A stretch of DNA of 64,000 bases from the human T2T-CHM13v2.0 reference genome, Homo sapiens, in the NCBI RefSeq assembly GCF_009914755.1, contig NC_060933.1; one strand, 5' to 3'. The notes beneath the pieces are model-generated. The model saw nothing but the letters and a program-made list of their open reading frames with translations. It did no database searches and was not told the DNA's origin. The position numbers and the translations under genes were made by a program. Numbering within the stretch: the stretch's first letter is position 1; each line of letters opens with the position of its first letter. Shown here piece by piece: positions 1-18,793 of this stretch.

Positions 1-576
1 AAGACAGAATTAATAAAACTCCTTTTTTGAGAGATTTCAGAGTGAAATGGAAAACTGTGAACTTGCTTTGAGTTCTAATACAATAGCACTAATCATGATG
101 ATTTGAAGGACAGTAAACCTTTTGTTTTTCCCATGAATGCAGGTTTTAGTCAAATGCCAGCATTCTCTGTACACTTGGTGCTCCTAAAACGTTTATTGTT
201 TTTCATAATGAAGAATAATGTCTTATGCAAAGCAATCTATTCACAAACCTTCTCCCAGTTGGAACTGATATATGTTGAGCCATCTCAGTTATTCTGATAA
301 AGCCCCTCACTACATTTGTATCTAACTTCATCACAAACAAATGATCTCGATACACTTTGGGGTTCTGCAAGATTTAACAACCCATGGTGACTTGTCGCAT
401 AACAGAAAACTTGACTTTTTGCTCTATTTTAAATTACATTTGAGTATTTTTTATTGAGAATCTATTAAAACTAGGGCTCCCAGAACTGGTCTTTCAGTAG
501 TTTACATAATAATAGCTACAATAACAACTGATGTCTGCGTCTTGCATTATAGTTGGCAGTGGCTTCCTATAGTTAG

Positions 577-1085
577 ATGTTGCCCAAACTTCAGTCATTT
601 TTATAACATCAGCATGATATTTTGCCATATTTTCTTAATTTACGTGGTACTAACTACCAAGTGTTTTATCTTGAGTTACCTTTTAAAATTTAAATGTTTA
701 TTTAAAAAGTGAACTTCATATCACTACCATACCTAGAAAACAAATATTGCTTGCCATAAATAGAAAATAAATAAATTCATTGATTTAGGCATGCCATAAA
801 GTATACATATAGCAAAACATCATGTTGTGCACCATAAATATATACATTTATATTTGCAAATAAAAAATAATAATTTTTAAAAAGAAAGTAAATAAATGCA
901 ATGCAATGAAAACAAAACAATATTGTTCAGTTCCTTTCTATACTGTTGTTGGGTAAAAGTTCCTGAGCTTGAGATACATTCTTTTGTGTTTGTGTGTGTA
1001 AGTGTGTGTACTAGAGAGAAAGAGAGAGAGAGATACTCGCATATCTTATATCAAATTTAGATACAAACTCTACATTGAGACTTTT
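577..1085. mobile_element. MER113-like hAT-Charlie fossil
   Basis: AACTTCATATCACTACC...TTGCCATAAATAGAA...ATGAAAACAAAACAAT resembles recalled MER113. Interrupted by an L1 3' end. Confidence 0.55.
780..882 (+). mobile_element. Short L1MA 3'-end fragment
   Basis: AAAACATCATGTTGTGCACCATAAATATATAC plus A-rich tail, flanked by a 16/18 TSD AGAAA(A/G)TAAATAAAT(T/G)CA (762-779, 883-900). Confidence 0.7.
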
Positions 1086-1119
1086 GGTGAATTATTTACA
1101 ATTTTTGGAAATGACATGA

Positions 1120-1290
1120 TGGATTAGAATCTTAGTAAGCAGTGCAGATACTGTATCCATTTTACAGATGATAAAGCTAGGGCTCAGAGAGATTACATGA
1201 CTTATTTCTTCAATACTCAGTAAATGGCAGAGCTGGGCTTCAAACACGAGCCCTTTCATTCCAAATCCTGTGCTTTCTCTATTGCACTCA
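1120..1290 (-). mobile_element. MIR
   Basis: Antisense MIR core CCATTTTACAGATGATAAAGCTAGGGCTCAGAGAG. Confidence 0.7.
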
Positions 1291-2007
1291 AACCTTCTTG
1301 GAGTGAGAGGGGTTGCAGAGGGCTTAGATGAAGCACACTAAAGATCCATTCCCTCTGTCATTCATAATCCAGTCAAGGAGATGAGAGGGACCAAAGTCAT
1401 ATATTTAAGTTGTATCAAGAGAAAGTAGGAAAGTATGTTTTGACATAATTGGCCCAAAGAACAATGGTGAAAATATTTAGCAAGTGAGCTCACTGTAAGT
1501 TGGACTATTAGGGAAGACTTTCTGGAAGAAGCAAGATTAAAACTCTTGTGTTGAAGGGTGGATAAAATTAGATGAATTGAAGATAGAGGTGAAACCATTT
1601 CAAGTGATAACAGTGCTTTGATCAGAATAATCAAAAATATCAAAGCTCTGTCTTGGTTCACTGCAGATAGGGGAAAATGCACATATATGACAGGAAGTAC
1701 TATGGCTACATTTTATAGTCTTATGTGCTATGAAGTATGTAATCATAGCACATAAGAATGAATCACTATTTTGTAATCCTTAAAAATAAATTATTTCCTT
1801 CAAAATATGTATGACTCAGCAAACTATCTACAGGACTTTTTCTCCTAAGGAAATAATGATGGATATATGCTAATATTTGTAAGAATGTGTCTCATCCTAG
1901 CAGGGCAATTGGAAATAACTCCAGTGTTTGATCATATAGGGCTTAGTTATATAAAATCAACTGCATCAATACTGGGGACCCTGTGCAATCTCCAAAAAAG
2001 ATTTCAA

Positions 2008-2170
2008 CCTTTGCTACTAAAACGTGATCTGTGGACCAATATTTTCACCTATACCTGGAACTTGTTAAGATTCAGTTTCTGATGTAGTAGGTCTGGGGGA
2101 GCGCCTGAGATTATGCATTTCCAACAAGTTCTCCAGTGATTCGCACATGCATTAACATTTGAGAAGCAGA
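2008..2170. mobile_element. MER5A/B hAT MITE
   Basis: GTAGGTCTGGGG...CCTGAGATTATGCATTTCCAACAAGTTCTCCAGTGAT...TTTGAGAAGCA. Confidence 0.65.
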
Positions 2171-3099
2171 GGCACATGATTAATGACATGGAAAGATATT
2201 TGCAATTAAATGAAATAGGGTGATTTCATAATTAGTTCCATATGATACTATATTGGTAAATTTTAAAAAATATGCATACATTCACACATAAGAGAAGGAA
2301 ATAGGGAAAGAGAGAGAGAGAGTGTGTGTATGTGCAAGACAGACAGATGGGAAGAATACATATTAAAATACCAACAGTGGTGGAATTACTGGAAATTATT
2401 TAAATTTTTTTCCTGTGTTTGTGTATTTGCATCTATTATGAACATGCCTCTTTCAAAATATAAATAATAAAACTATATTTTCAATTCCTTTTCTGTTTTC
2501 AGAATTTTACTGAGTTCTTTCTGGAAAAATAAACAGGAACCAAGAGGCTGAACTGGAAGAAAACAACTCACAACTCACAGGGATTTAATCAATGTAACAA
2601 GAAACTGTCAGAAGAGAGAAAGACTTAAAAGATAAGAATTTTCCACTAAGTGTGAAGGAGGTCTGTGTAACCTTCATGTCCCTAGTGCTCTTGGAATTTA
2701 TTTTAAAAACCAAACTTTTTTTTTTTTTTTTTTTAAGTAAGGCTATAAAGCTCCAGGAGCATAGACATTTTCAAAACTGCCAACTGGGAAAGTACTTTCA
2801 GGATGAAACAGATCGGTTTCCCTTAACAAGTATTTCTAGTGGTATTACTCTGAGTTCTGGTTGGGAATATTCCAGCAATGTCACTTAGAAGTTGAAAGAG
2901 GACCCAGCTGCTTTGTCAGAATGATTCTTTGCCTGCCTTCTCCCTTGGAAAATTTACCTTAATCTTTATTCATTTCTGTGAGTTGTCCCCATTTGGGTGA
3001 TCCCTTTGTTCTCAGCATATGATGGTAAGAAAAGGATTCAGATTCCAGCTTCACTATTTCTTTGCTGCTGGGATATTTAGGCAATGGAAGTAAGTTAAG

Positions 3100-7838
<4,739 letters not shown>

Positions 7839-7855
7839 AAGAAATGAAGGACCTT

Positions 7856-8095
7856 GAAGATGAGAGCTAAACCTCTTCCTCTAGAAGATTCTCAACTGGA
7901 TCCAGAAGGACTCAGTGGTTGTTTCAGAGGACTTTGGCAAAAGCAGTGCCCCTTTTCACTCACCAGATTTCCTCCTCCCTAATCCTCCTGTGGAAGGATG
8001 TCTTTGGGAGAGAAGAGGGTACAGAAGAAAGATTGGAGAGGGGCCTCTTTACAAGTCAACTCCATTTGTAATAAAGCCCTAGCACTCTGAAAAAA
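7856..8095 (+). pseudogene. C11orf98: C11orf98 processed pseudogene, 3' part (last codons, 3'UTR, poly-A remnant)
   Basis: Resumes right after the L1 TSD with GAA GAT GAG AGC TAA (EDES*, 7856-7870). AATAAA at 8070-8075, short A-run from 8090, 3' TSD copy TTGACTGATT at 8101-8110. Confidence 0.9.
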
Positions 8096-8104
8096 TTTTT
8101 TTGA

Positions 8105-8800
8105 CTGATTAATTCATCATTCAACAACTGTGTACCATGTGACCATCATCTGCCCCTATGGGTAGAGGATGCAAATGATCCCAGACATGTTTCCTTACCT
8201 CAAGATGCTTTCAGGTAAGGGGACATAACCAAGGAAAACACAATTACCTGCAGTGTCACAAGTGCCATGACAAGGAGAGGGCCCGGTATCACAGGGGCAA
8301 ATAAGAGGAGTACTAGCCCTATCAGGGGGGTGGTGGCGGTAAAGAAGTCTTCCTCACTGAAGTGACATCTACATTGAGATATAATGGACCAGTAGGTCTC
8401 GGCCAGGAATAGCTGAGAAGTTCCAGACAGTGGGAATAACACATTTACAGGTTCAAATATGAGAAAGAACACAAATGTTCAGGTGCTCAACAAACTAAAA
8501 GTGCTAGGATATGAGTCTGGGGAGGAAGGTGGGGGCAGTAGAAAGAAGGAAAATGATATGAGGGATCTGTAGAGCCTGGTCATGAATGGGCCTTGTCAGC
8601 CATGCGGAGGAAGTTTCACTTCATCCAAAAGGCTGTGGGAAAGATCAGGGTCAAATATGGTCTCATGGGGGTTTTAGGCAGATCGCTCTGGCCACAGGTC
8701 GAGAAAGACTAGAGACAAGCCAGGAGGACTGCAAATCAGCCAGCTAGGAGGGTGCTGCAGGAACACAGGGACAAATGATCCTACCCTCAAGCCAGTGAAA
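8105..8800 (-). mobile_element. L2 remnant
   Basis: Antisense L2 3' end (TTCATCATTCAACAA) followed by typical degraded L2 sequence. Confidence 0.6.
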
Positions 8801-8996
8801 TGGATGACTATACATGAAATGAGATTGGTGATTAACTGGAAGTTGGGAGATGATGGAACAGACTCAGAGAATGTACTTAATAAATGCCTATTTTCTTTTC
8901 TTCTCCATAGAGATCTATTGGCCACTTCAGGCCAAGGAAAGATTAACCCAGTAGTAGCAGAAAAAATATTTTCTAGAAGCAAAATAACTGTGTGCT

Positions 8997-9359
8997 TAGC
9001 AGTTCTGTAAGTAAGGTCTGGGAATTCTTGAGGGTCACTGCATTTCTATTTGAGGGGTCTGTGAGGTCAAAACTATTTTCATAACAATTCTAAGATGCTG
9101 TTTGCCTTTTTTGCTTTTATTCTTTCACAAACATGCAGTGGATTCTTCCAGAGGCTACATGATGTGTGATAATGCAATTGCTCTGACGGCTAAAGTTGTA
9201 TGTGCTTGGATTTTCTTGAGCTTTAAATTAGTCCCAGTTTTAATTTCAAATATAGTAAATACAGAAAGATACAGTCCTCATGACAAAAGCTCTTTGGGGT
9301 CCTCAATAATGCTTAAGAGTGTAAAAGAAACCTGAAGCCACAAAATTTGACAACCAATG
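8997..9359. mobile_element. MER5C/MER119-like hAT-Charlie element
   Basis: GAGGTCAAAACTATTTTCATAA...CCAGAGGCTACATGATGTGTGAT...CAAAAGCTCTTTGGGGTCCTCAATAAT. Confidence 0.7.
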
Positions 9360-10084
9360 CCATAAACATTTAAAGAACATTTTAAAGGCATCCACTACCA
9401 AAAGCTTAAAAAAATTATGAGTGAGGATAAACTCTACTGATTGAGGAGCCTAATTCTTATCTTAGTTTTGTTGTCCTTTCAAATCTGAGCCATTGCTGGC
9501 TTGATATAAAGATAATGCCTAGGATTTCATTTCTAGAAGAACACATCCAACTAACAAAATCAAAGCACATACCATACAATGTACTAAGTAGAAATATGAA
9601 ATCCATGTCCGCAATTCTGAATATACTTTCTTCTTTAAACTTATTTTTAAAGTTGGAAAACAGAGTCACTGAGTAATACTCATACCTTAGAACAAAATCT
9701 CTGTTGTGTAGGCAGAAAAGCAAAATAGAAGCGATAATGTGGGCAAGTGGAAAATAACACAGTGAGGAGAAATGATACAAACTAGACTCAGAACCAGAGC
9801 TCTAAACGCAAGTTGCCAACCCAAAAGGACTTCAGGATCCCCTATGAACCATTATTTCAAAAAACAAGGGCAGTTGGCTAGCCAATCAAGCATAAATCTG
9901 GTAGTCATCCACACATCATTTGGAGAGGCCTGGAGACAATGGAGGACAGTTTTCTGTGCCCCTGAACAATACCAAAGTGGCTGCCCTTCCAAGATGTCAG
10001 TAGGTGTCTCAGCACAAAAAGTCTGGGGAAGGTCAGGATAAGAGCAATACAGAAAACGGCTCCAGAGACTGAGGTCAGTCAGTT

Positions 10085-10240
10085 CCACGTTTAGGACGAG
10101 GATTCCATATGGCTGTTAGGAATGTGATGTGGCTAGTACACTGGAGGAACTGAATGCTTAATTTTATTTCATTTTCACTAACATAAATTCAAAGAGCCAT
10201 GAGTCTAGTAATGACCACACTCGAGAACTCTATTCCAGAA
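10085..10240. mobile_element. MER3/MER33-like hAT MITE
   Basis: ATGTGGCTAGT...GAGGAACTGAAT...ATTTTATTTCATTTT. Confidence 0.55.
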
Positions 10241-10499
10241 CTTTAGTGAAATGATCTTTGCAACCTGTGGAGAGCCAACTATAAGATCTCCCATCATGGT
10301 GCAAGATGGGTTTGAATGTACTTTTCAGGTAAACACATATGTGAAATCCTTGTTTCCCACCAAAACCCATTCAGCTGCCTAGGACATCTGCCAGCAAAGC
10401 CAGCTAGTTCTCCTTGGGGAGTTTGGAATAGGAGCTTAGTAAAGAGGGAAGCAGAGCAGACAAATGAGAGGCAGGAGTCTTGCCTGTTACCCTATGTGA

Positions 10500-11150
10500 C
10501 CTGGCCCTGAGCTATCTTCCAAATTCTTTTCCTGATCTGTAGCTGCTTGTCACTGTGCTCCAGCGACACACACCCTCTAGTTCTTCCTAGAATATACCAA
10601 GCAAGTTCCCATCTCATGGCCTGTTGTGTTTATTTACTTTCTTCTTATCCTGGAATGCTCTTTCTCTGGATCAGGGTTTCTTAACTTCAGTGCTAGTGAC
10701 ATTTTAAGCTGGATAATTCTTTGCTACAGGGACCTGCCCTCTGCAGCATAGGGTGTTTAGCAGCATCCTTGTTCTCTATCCACCAGATGCCAGTACCATA
10801 CTTACCCCAGTTGTGACAATTAAAAACTTCTCCAGACACCAAATGTCCCTGGAGAGGCAAAGTCACCCTGGTTGAGAATCACTGCCCTAGATATCTGCAT
10901 GATTCACTTTCTCACTTAATTTAGTTCTGTACTCAGATGTCACCTCCAGGGAATCTTTTTCAAAACCCTACACCTCTCTGTCCCCTTTCCCTGTTTTATT
11001 TTTCTTCCCAGTATTTATCACTAGCTAACATCATATCAGATACTTCTTTGTTTCTTGTTTCTTTGCCTGCTTTATTTACTGCTGTATGCTAGCACCTAGT
11101 ATCTAGTTGATTGGTAGATGCTTTATAAATATTTATTGCATGAATGAAGG
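10500..11150 (+). mobile_element. L2 3' remnant interrupted by MER20
   Basis: CCTGGAATGCTCTT...CAGATGTCACCTCC...TAAATATTTATTGCATGAATGAA. Confidence 0.65.
10672..10884. mobile_element. MER20 hAT MITE
   Basis: TIRs CAGGGTTTCTTAAC / GTTGAGAATCACTG, internal TTTAGCAGCATCCTTG...CCAGATGCCAGTA, degenerate 8-bp TSD CTCTGGAT/CCCTAGAT. Confidence 0.85.
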
Positions 11151-12549
11151 AAGGAAGTACCTGCGCCATTTGTAAAGTCAAAAGAGAGACAGGAAGTTTG
11201 CATTCTGGGAGAATGGACACATGTCACAAGCAGAAAAGCTGTAAGTCAATTTAGCTATTAAAATCTGTATTGGTTGTTATATAACAATGATAAGGCTTTA
11301 GCACATTTTCTAATAATGGGCATACTTTTACTGACCTTCTCTAAAATTATGCTTTGAATGCGAAAATAAATTATAATTTTAAATGTATTTGTCAACCACT
11401 TTTATGAATAGTATGCAAGTTTGAGACCTAAAATTGCGGTCATTTCATATCATCAAGAATCTATGTTCTTACCTGATTTTAACATTGATGTCTATTTGCC
11501 TTTGAGCAAAAGACCTTTTGATAATGAGAAGAAGTCCTGATGAAAGGCCTGCATTTTCCTTCATAGTTATAAATTGAAAATGTGTTTCCAAGAGGTTTTT
11601 ATTAGCATTACTGAGTGTAAGCCTATCAATTCAGTAACTCCAGCCCTAGGAAATTTAATCATGTGCTGAAGTCCTTACTTACTGGTAAGATTGAGATTTT
11701 TTTTTCCCCCCGATGATTTGTTATAATCTTTCTGAATTCCTCAAGAATACTAGATGAATTTATAAGATGCTGACTTTCTTCTGGAAGAACTGTAAATATT
11801 CAAAAGAAATTACAAGCACCAAGTAAATTGCACATTTTGGAGACTAAGGGAAGAAAATCCCCAAACTGTTGGTAGATGGTCAGAGTATTCTCCTACAACC
11901 TGGATCTAGCCAATTATTAAATGAAGTTCCATAATACCTCAGTTCCTAAAAATCTCCGGGGACTAAGAACTTCTGGATATATTAACTAGAATTTTTAAAA
12001 GTTAAGTAAATCTACTTTCACATTTTCAAGGTTTTTACTGATGAAAGTCTTTCTACAACAACACACACTGCTATCCTTTTTAATAATAGAAAATCTGGAA
12101 CTCTGCGTGTGTGTGTGACCTATGGCCACCCTTTTGTGAAGCTGTGCATATGCACAAACAAGGGTGGGTGCAAGTCTCAGAATTAGGACCCCAAAGGTGG
12201 CCCTACAAGTTGATTCCTCTTCCAGATGGGGTGCAGCACTCGCAGAACCATAAAGGCAGCATCCCAAGCCTGCCTTGTAAAAAAACTGACTGCTGAATCA
12301 AAAACCAAGAGCAGCCCTTCCCTTTCAGGGTTATCTTGATTCTTTAAAATAAAACAAAATAAAATAAAATAAAATAAATCGCCATCTTTACTTCTGTTTC
12401 TAGAGTCTCGTCAACTTTTCAGTAGTCCTCTAAACCTTGTTTGTGATTTGTACAGTCAGCCATTTTGGCAACCCACATCACTTACCTTTTCCCTTCACTA
12501 TTTGTATGGAGGAGAAGCATTCCTTATGAGTCATTTGAGTATTAAAAAG

Positions 12550-12888
12550 TTTTTTTTGCGTATATCTATTTAAGATATACAACATGATGTTATGAAATAC
12601 ATATATAGAGTAAAATGGTCATTACAGTGAAACAAATTAAGATATCTATCATGTCACAGTTATCCATTTTTCCCCTCTGTGGCAAGGGCAGCTATAATCT
12701 ACTCATTTAGCAAGTATCCTGAATACAGTATGCTCTTATTAACTATAGTCTTTATGTCGTACATTAGATCTTTAGACATGTTTGCCCTACATATCTGCTA
12801 CTTTGTAGAGTAGAGGATTAACAGTGGTTCTCAGGGGTGGGGTGGAGAGGAAGCAAATGGAGAGATGTAAGTCAAATGATACAAAGTA
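12550..12888 (-). mobile_element. Old L1MA 3' end with inverted 5' piece
   Basis: 12550-12807 is an antisense L1MA 3'UTR. 12808-12888 is the adjacent upstream L1MA sequence in opposite orientation. TACAAAGTA is present in both pieces. Confidence 0.7.
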
Positions 12889-15872
12889 ATCCAAGAATTT
12901 ATGTGAGAAGAAGTGGGAAAAGTCTATTTCTAAGGTGCCTCAACCTTTCCCCCTAACTCCATCCTTACCACCACCACCACCACCAAACACCGTAATAATA
13001 ATAATAATAATCAGGAAATTAACACTTCTAAACACCTGATGCCAGACTACATTGTTTTTGAAGTATTTCCCAATGTCAAGCTTTGAACAGAATTATAGAT
13101 ACCTACAAAATACATTTTCATGAACAAGTTTGAGTGTTTTGTATAGTATTTGCAAGGAATATCAGAGTCCTCTTGTATTTTCTTTTATAATATTTTGCTT
13201 TCTGAAAAATATCTCAGTTGATACACTGACAGGCAGAAAGATGATCAAAGATATTAACCCTGCCCCTTCAAGATTAGAGTCATAATTGCCTAGCTGGAGA
13301 GGGACCGAGTATCCTCAAGTAGGACTCAGGTTTGAAATAATATTTCCCTGAAGGTACAAAAAAATGATGGAACCCCTTGGGAAGTATTCCACATCCATCT
13401 GTGTATTAGCTTGTTCTTTGGAATCAACATTATGGCTCCTCAGATACCTCTGTGCTAAGGATTTTTTTCTGAAAGTCGAAAGTTTTATTTTTCTACAAGA
13501 CCACTCCCTGTAGGCACAGTCAACCTGTCCTCATTGTGTTTGAACCCAGGTACAGTCCACAAATAAGCTGGCAAATGTGACCAAGGCACACCATTACATG
13601 CTCCTCAGAGGGCTGGAGGGTACTTATAAATGCATTCTCTTGAAGAAAGAAGCAATTGGCAATTTTTATACAGCTGCATTATATGCTGATTATGTACAAA
13701 GCCTAAAACCAGGCAAAGTACCTAGCAGAAAATACCCATGCATTATTCAACTAATACAAATCTGTTGTTTTTCTAATTTGCTCTTCCAAACATGTCTTTT
13801 CAAGTTCTTTTGAGTTGCAGTTGTTTTGAAGTGGGGGAGAAGAAAAGTTTTCTCTCTTTTCAGGGACAAAAACTCAAATAAAAGAGGTACCCCCATTCAG
13901 CTAATCATGGCAGCTTTAACAATATATGGGCAAAATATACAACTTACAAAATTAGAGGCTTTATGAAGAGCCTCCCTTTATAACCAAGTTATTTTAGAAC
14001 AGAGAAAGATAAATAATCTACTTATCAGGCTAGGTTTTCCAGGCTTTCCCATTCCAAGTCACTCTATGTTTTCTTTCCTTCTTTTTCTATTTCTCCCTTT
14101 TGCCTTTCCTAATCCATATCGCAAGATACCATGTGCAACACGCTCACCCCTATTTAACTGCACCTGTTCACAGTATTCTACAGTCAAAAGCTCTACTTTT
14201 GCAGCAACTTTTTATTGATGAATGCATTTTATCCTGATTACATGACAATGATGATGGCTTATTCATTATTTCATTCAGCATACTTATTGTGGGCTTACTA
14301 TGTGCCAGGAATTGTGTGGGTCCCAATGATAGATAGAACAGGGTTCCTAGCTTCATGGAGCTCCCATTCACTGGTTAACTACATGTATGAAGGCTTTCAG
14401 TAAATTTTGTTTGCAGTGACATTCTCCTGTGATCCCAGGGGAGATCTGATTTATCCTCACATCAAATATGACTCTCCTGAACAACACGGTGGTGTTCTTT
14501 TAGGGCTGATGTCTTATATTTGCCTTTAGGCCAATCATATCTTAAGAGACTGCTGAGACCTAGAATAGCTTTTTGATAAGCCCCTTTGCCTACCTCCCCT
14601 ATCTGACCCTTTCTTTCTTACAGGCTCTTGGTGTTTACAGTTTATAGCCACTATCATCATCCCCATTCCCATAGTCTCTTTTCCTTTCCTATTCTTCTGT
14701 TGTTTGCCACATGTTTTCTGCTTTTTTATCTTTCTTTTGTCTTGGCCATATCTGAATGCTTTCAGTCTGGTCCATCAATGGCACTACTATAATCTCTGAG
14801 TTTCCAGGTCTTCTTAGTTACTATTGTTATTTTTGTATGCTCAAAGGCTGGGTAAAATATTCTTTACAACACACATTCATTGGTTCCACCACTGCTCCTT
14901 TCTCCCCCATCAAACATAGTTCAGTGCTATTCCAGATGTTTGAAGCTGTTTGTGATCTGATATCTGAGTTCTGGATAATGAACTACTGCAGCTCACTTTG
15001 CCAGAGACAGTGAGAGTTCTTCCCGACATATGAGGTGGACTCACAATATTTGATAAGATGTAGAGGCAGAATTAGAAGGTAACAGTTAATGACTAGCATC
15101 CTGGAAAACAGGCCAAAGGGCTCCAAGTTTTGCAGTGTATTTCTATGCAAACTTGAGCATATTGTGCTGGTTCACTGATTCTCAAGTTTTCAGAAAAGAA
15201 AATGGGAATGTTAGATCACAAAGAGAGATACACTAAGGTTCCACAGGAAGAAGATGCCTCACAAGTAGCCCAGTACACTCCAGTTTATTTTGAAATGGTG
15301 ATGGAATGAAATGGTTAGGTAAGTTTAGTTCTTTGATTAACCGAGAATTACCATATGCACTATAGATGAATTTCTAATTTTTAAATAATCAGGATAAAAT
15401 GCATTTATCAATAAAAAGTTGCTGCCAAAGTGGTTGCCTCAGAGGTCACTAAGAACATAACAACCAAAAAATCCTATTGATTTGTCTTTTTAAAAGAGTT
15501 ATAGAAAAATGGAAGTCTATACAAAGCCATCTACATTCTAATGTTAAACTACTCAACAATAAAGTTACATAGCATCCTGTTCACTTGTTCTGGGCCTAAT
15601 CTATTGCTTGAGATTCTAAATTTTTTAGCTGACTTTTAAATTATTTTCTTAGTTGTTTTGTACACCTTCTCCTCTTTTTGCTATGACTAAAATCATCTGA
15701 AGCCTCTTGCAGTGATTATACTGGAGTAGGCTTTTCCATTAAAGGGTCATCAAATAATTAGTTCTTCAGTGACCCCACTAAATGAAAATTCCACTAAAAA
15801 CTTTAGTTACAAGAAGAAAATCCTACATGTGTTAAGATCTAATCAGATTGGGATGTCTAAAGACAAATATAA

Positions 15873-16522
<650 letters not shown>

Positions 16523-18005
16523 AATTTAACACTCTTATAGCATCACACGTTACTTTGACTGACACCTGTGGTTCTTACTGGCAGCCAGGCTTATGGTCAC
16601 TGCATCACGGACACTGAATGACTAGACCTCGACATGAATCTCATACATGTTCAAATGCTTATGTAAAGTTTCCTGTGGGAAGGCTTTCTTTTAGTTCATT
16701 GAAAGATGACCCATTTTCAGTCCTCTTCAACTTCTGGAACTTTAAAGTGTGGTGTCAACTTATTTCCCTCATGACTCTCTCTGAATTTATGCTGGTTTCT
16801 TGCCGTTTGAGATTTTAGAGCTGGTCTGTGAAAGTGGGACACATTTCCCTTGACACATTTCAAACTATTTGAGAAAGAAGAATCCAGGTGCAATAAGCTG
16901 TCACACTGAATATTAGAAGAAAGCAATCAAGTCCTTTGTAAAAGGAGTCTCAGTCACCTCTCTTCTACCTCTACTTCATATAATACCACAAATTGCAAGG
17001 CTCCTGAGGAATCTTCCTTCTGGGTATAAACTGCTAAGACTTTATTGCTTGAAGAAGTTTTCTGGGGGCATAGCTTGCTAGCCTGGTGCTCATAGTCACA
17101 AGACACTCTTTTCCTTGGTTACTAGCATTGAGCTTTGGGTAGGAGCATCTCATTATTCCTCTGGGGACTTATTACAACACTCTTGTCACCAAATTAGTAG
17201 ATAAGAAAGTGTGGCTAAGATGTTAAAACCTTGAAGATAATTTGCTACCTGGTTGTAATTTCTTTAGCACTATTATTCTTGTTCTTGTCTGACCTAGACT
17301 ACTCCACATCATGTTTTGCTTTATCTGAGTTCTTTACAACACTCTCAGAGAGGAGTTCTGCCTTTAACCATATTGCTTCCTAGACTTTTGTTGTACAGAG
17401 TGAGAGCTGAGGCTGAGAAATGAGAGGAACTGGACTGCTTGAGAGTTTGCACTTAAAACCTCCATTAACGATAGAGGAGAAAGGGCCCAGAAAGTTGAGA
17501 TGCAGAGCAGAGAAAGAAGGAACCAGCCTGGGTTGCACTTAGGAATTTATGGAAAGTTTCATTTTTAAAATTAAGGTCAAATCTTGAGTACTTACAAGAA
17601 TATCAGCAAGTTCACTGATTAAATAAAAGGAATTTCAAACTAGACAAACTTCATATAACTACCTAGATGTCTGAGAAGGTTTTTATCTCATGTTTTTATT
17701 TATCCTTTTGAATCATGCTCTCTTTGGGTTTCCATTAGTTGCACATAATAGAATTGATCACACCTAGAAACTGTGTTCATCAATGCACACACAAAATATA
17801 TACATACATTGTTATGTGATTGCAAGCAAACCACAGTAGCTTTCATGGTCTCAGTCTTCAACTGAGGTAACTCTGAAGTCCTTCCAAATCCCACTGAAAC
17901 TCTATGATATGATTCACATAATGAAATTTCTACAGAGGCTGGGAAGTGACATAAATGAATGAACTAGGCTGGAGGTAAACCGGAAAGGCTATGTTGCTAG
18001 TACTA

Positions 18006-18062
18006 TTAGGTTGGTGCACAAGTAATTGTGGTTTTCACCATTAAAAGTAAGTACCAACCTAA
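18006..18062. mobile_element. MADE1 (Hsmar1 MITE), internally deleted
   Basis: TTAGGTTGGTGCACAAGTAATTGTGGTTTT...ACCAACCTAA with TA on both sides. Confidence 0.85.
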
Positions 18063-18748
18063 TATGATCAAGAAATGTAGGTAACCCTTTCTTTGCTATA
18101 TTGCCTTTTTTCTATTAAAAATTTAAATTTGTAATTTATTATTATCTTTAATTTCAACGTGTACCTCCACTATCTAAAATAAAAGCTGAAAATATTACAT
18201 CTTAAGAACTCCTGGGTGTGCCCCACAAAACCCAACCACACTGATCTGGGGCTTTGGGGACATCACTTTGACTTATTCTTAGAATCTACAATAGTTTACC
18301 AGACACTGTGAAAGAGCTGCAAAAGATGGTACACAAACTGTTCAACAATGGCGTGGAGAAGAAAGTGCTGAGACACCATGGTCTGAAAATTCAAGGTGGA
18401 ATTTCACAGTGAACACACGGATTATGAGCCCTGAATGAATTCCTAACTGGTCCCTGAGCGTTGTTAAACTGTGGAACTGCTAGAAGAAAGCTGTAGCTGT
18501 CCATGGTGCTTAAGAATTTTCCTCAATGCTGGAGTCTTGGAGTCTGTGGTATGGAAATACTTTACACTGAACATATTGTATATTAACAATTACAATGACA
18601 ACCCCCCCCCCAAAAAAAAATCACCTTGATGTGGCTCAAGAGGATTCAATGTATTTCTGACTCATCTCAATAACAAACACTTAAATAGAAACTCATATTC
18701 TTGATTTTCTTTTTGTAGTTCTAAAACAATTTGTGTATATGTGGAATG

Positions 18749-18750
<2 letters not shown>

Positions 18751-18792
<42 letters not shown>
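18751..18792. repeat. (GT)21 microsatellite
   Basis: Uninterrupted GT run. Confidence 0.97.

Positions 18793-18793
<1 letters not shown>

Noticed and set aside
8911-9006. 96-nt exon-like block with a strong acceptor and GTAAGT donor
   Set aside because: The donor lies in the decayed terminus of the MER5C-like element and the peptide is unrecognisable.
18006-18062. MADE1 as a miR-548-type hairpin
   Set aside because: Most of the right arm is deleted, leaving only about 10-12 bp of terminal stem.
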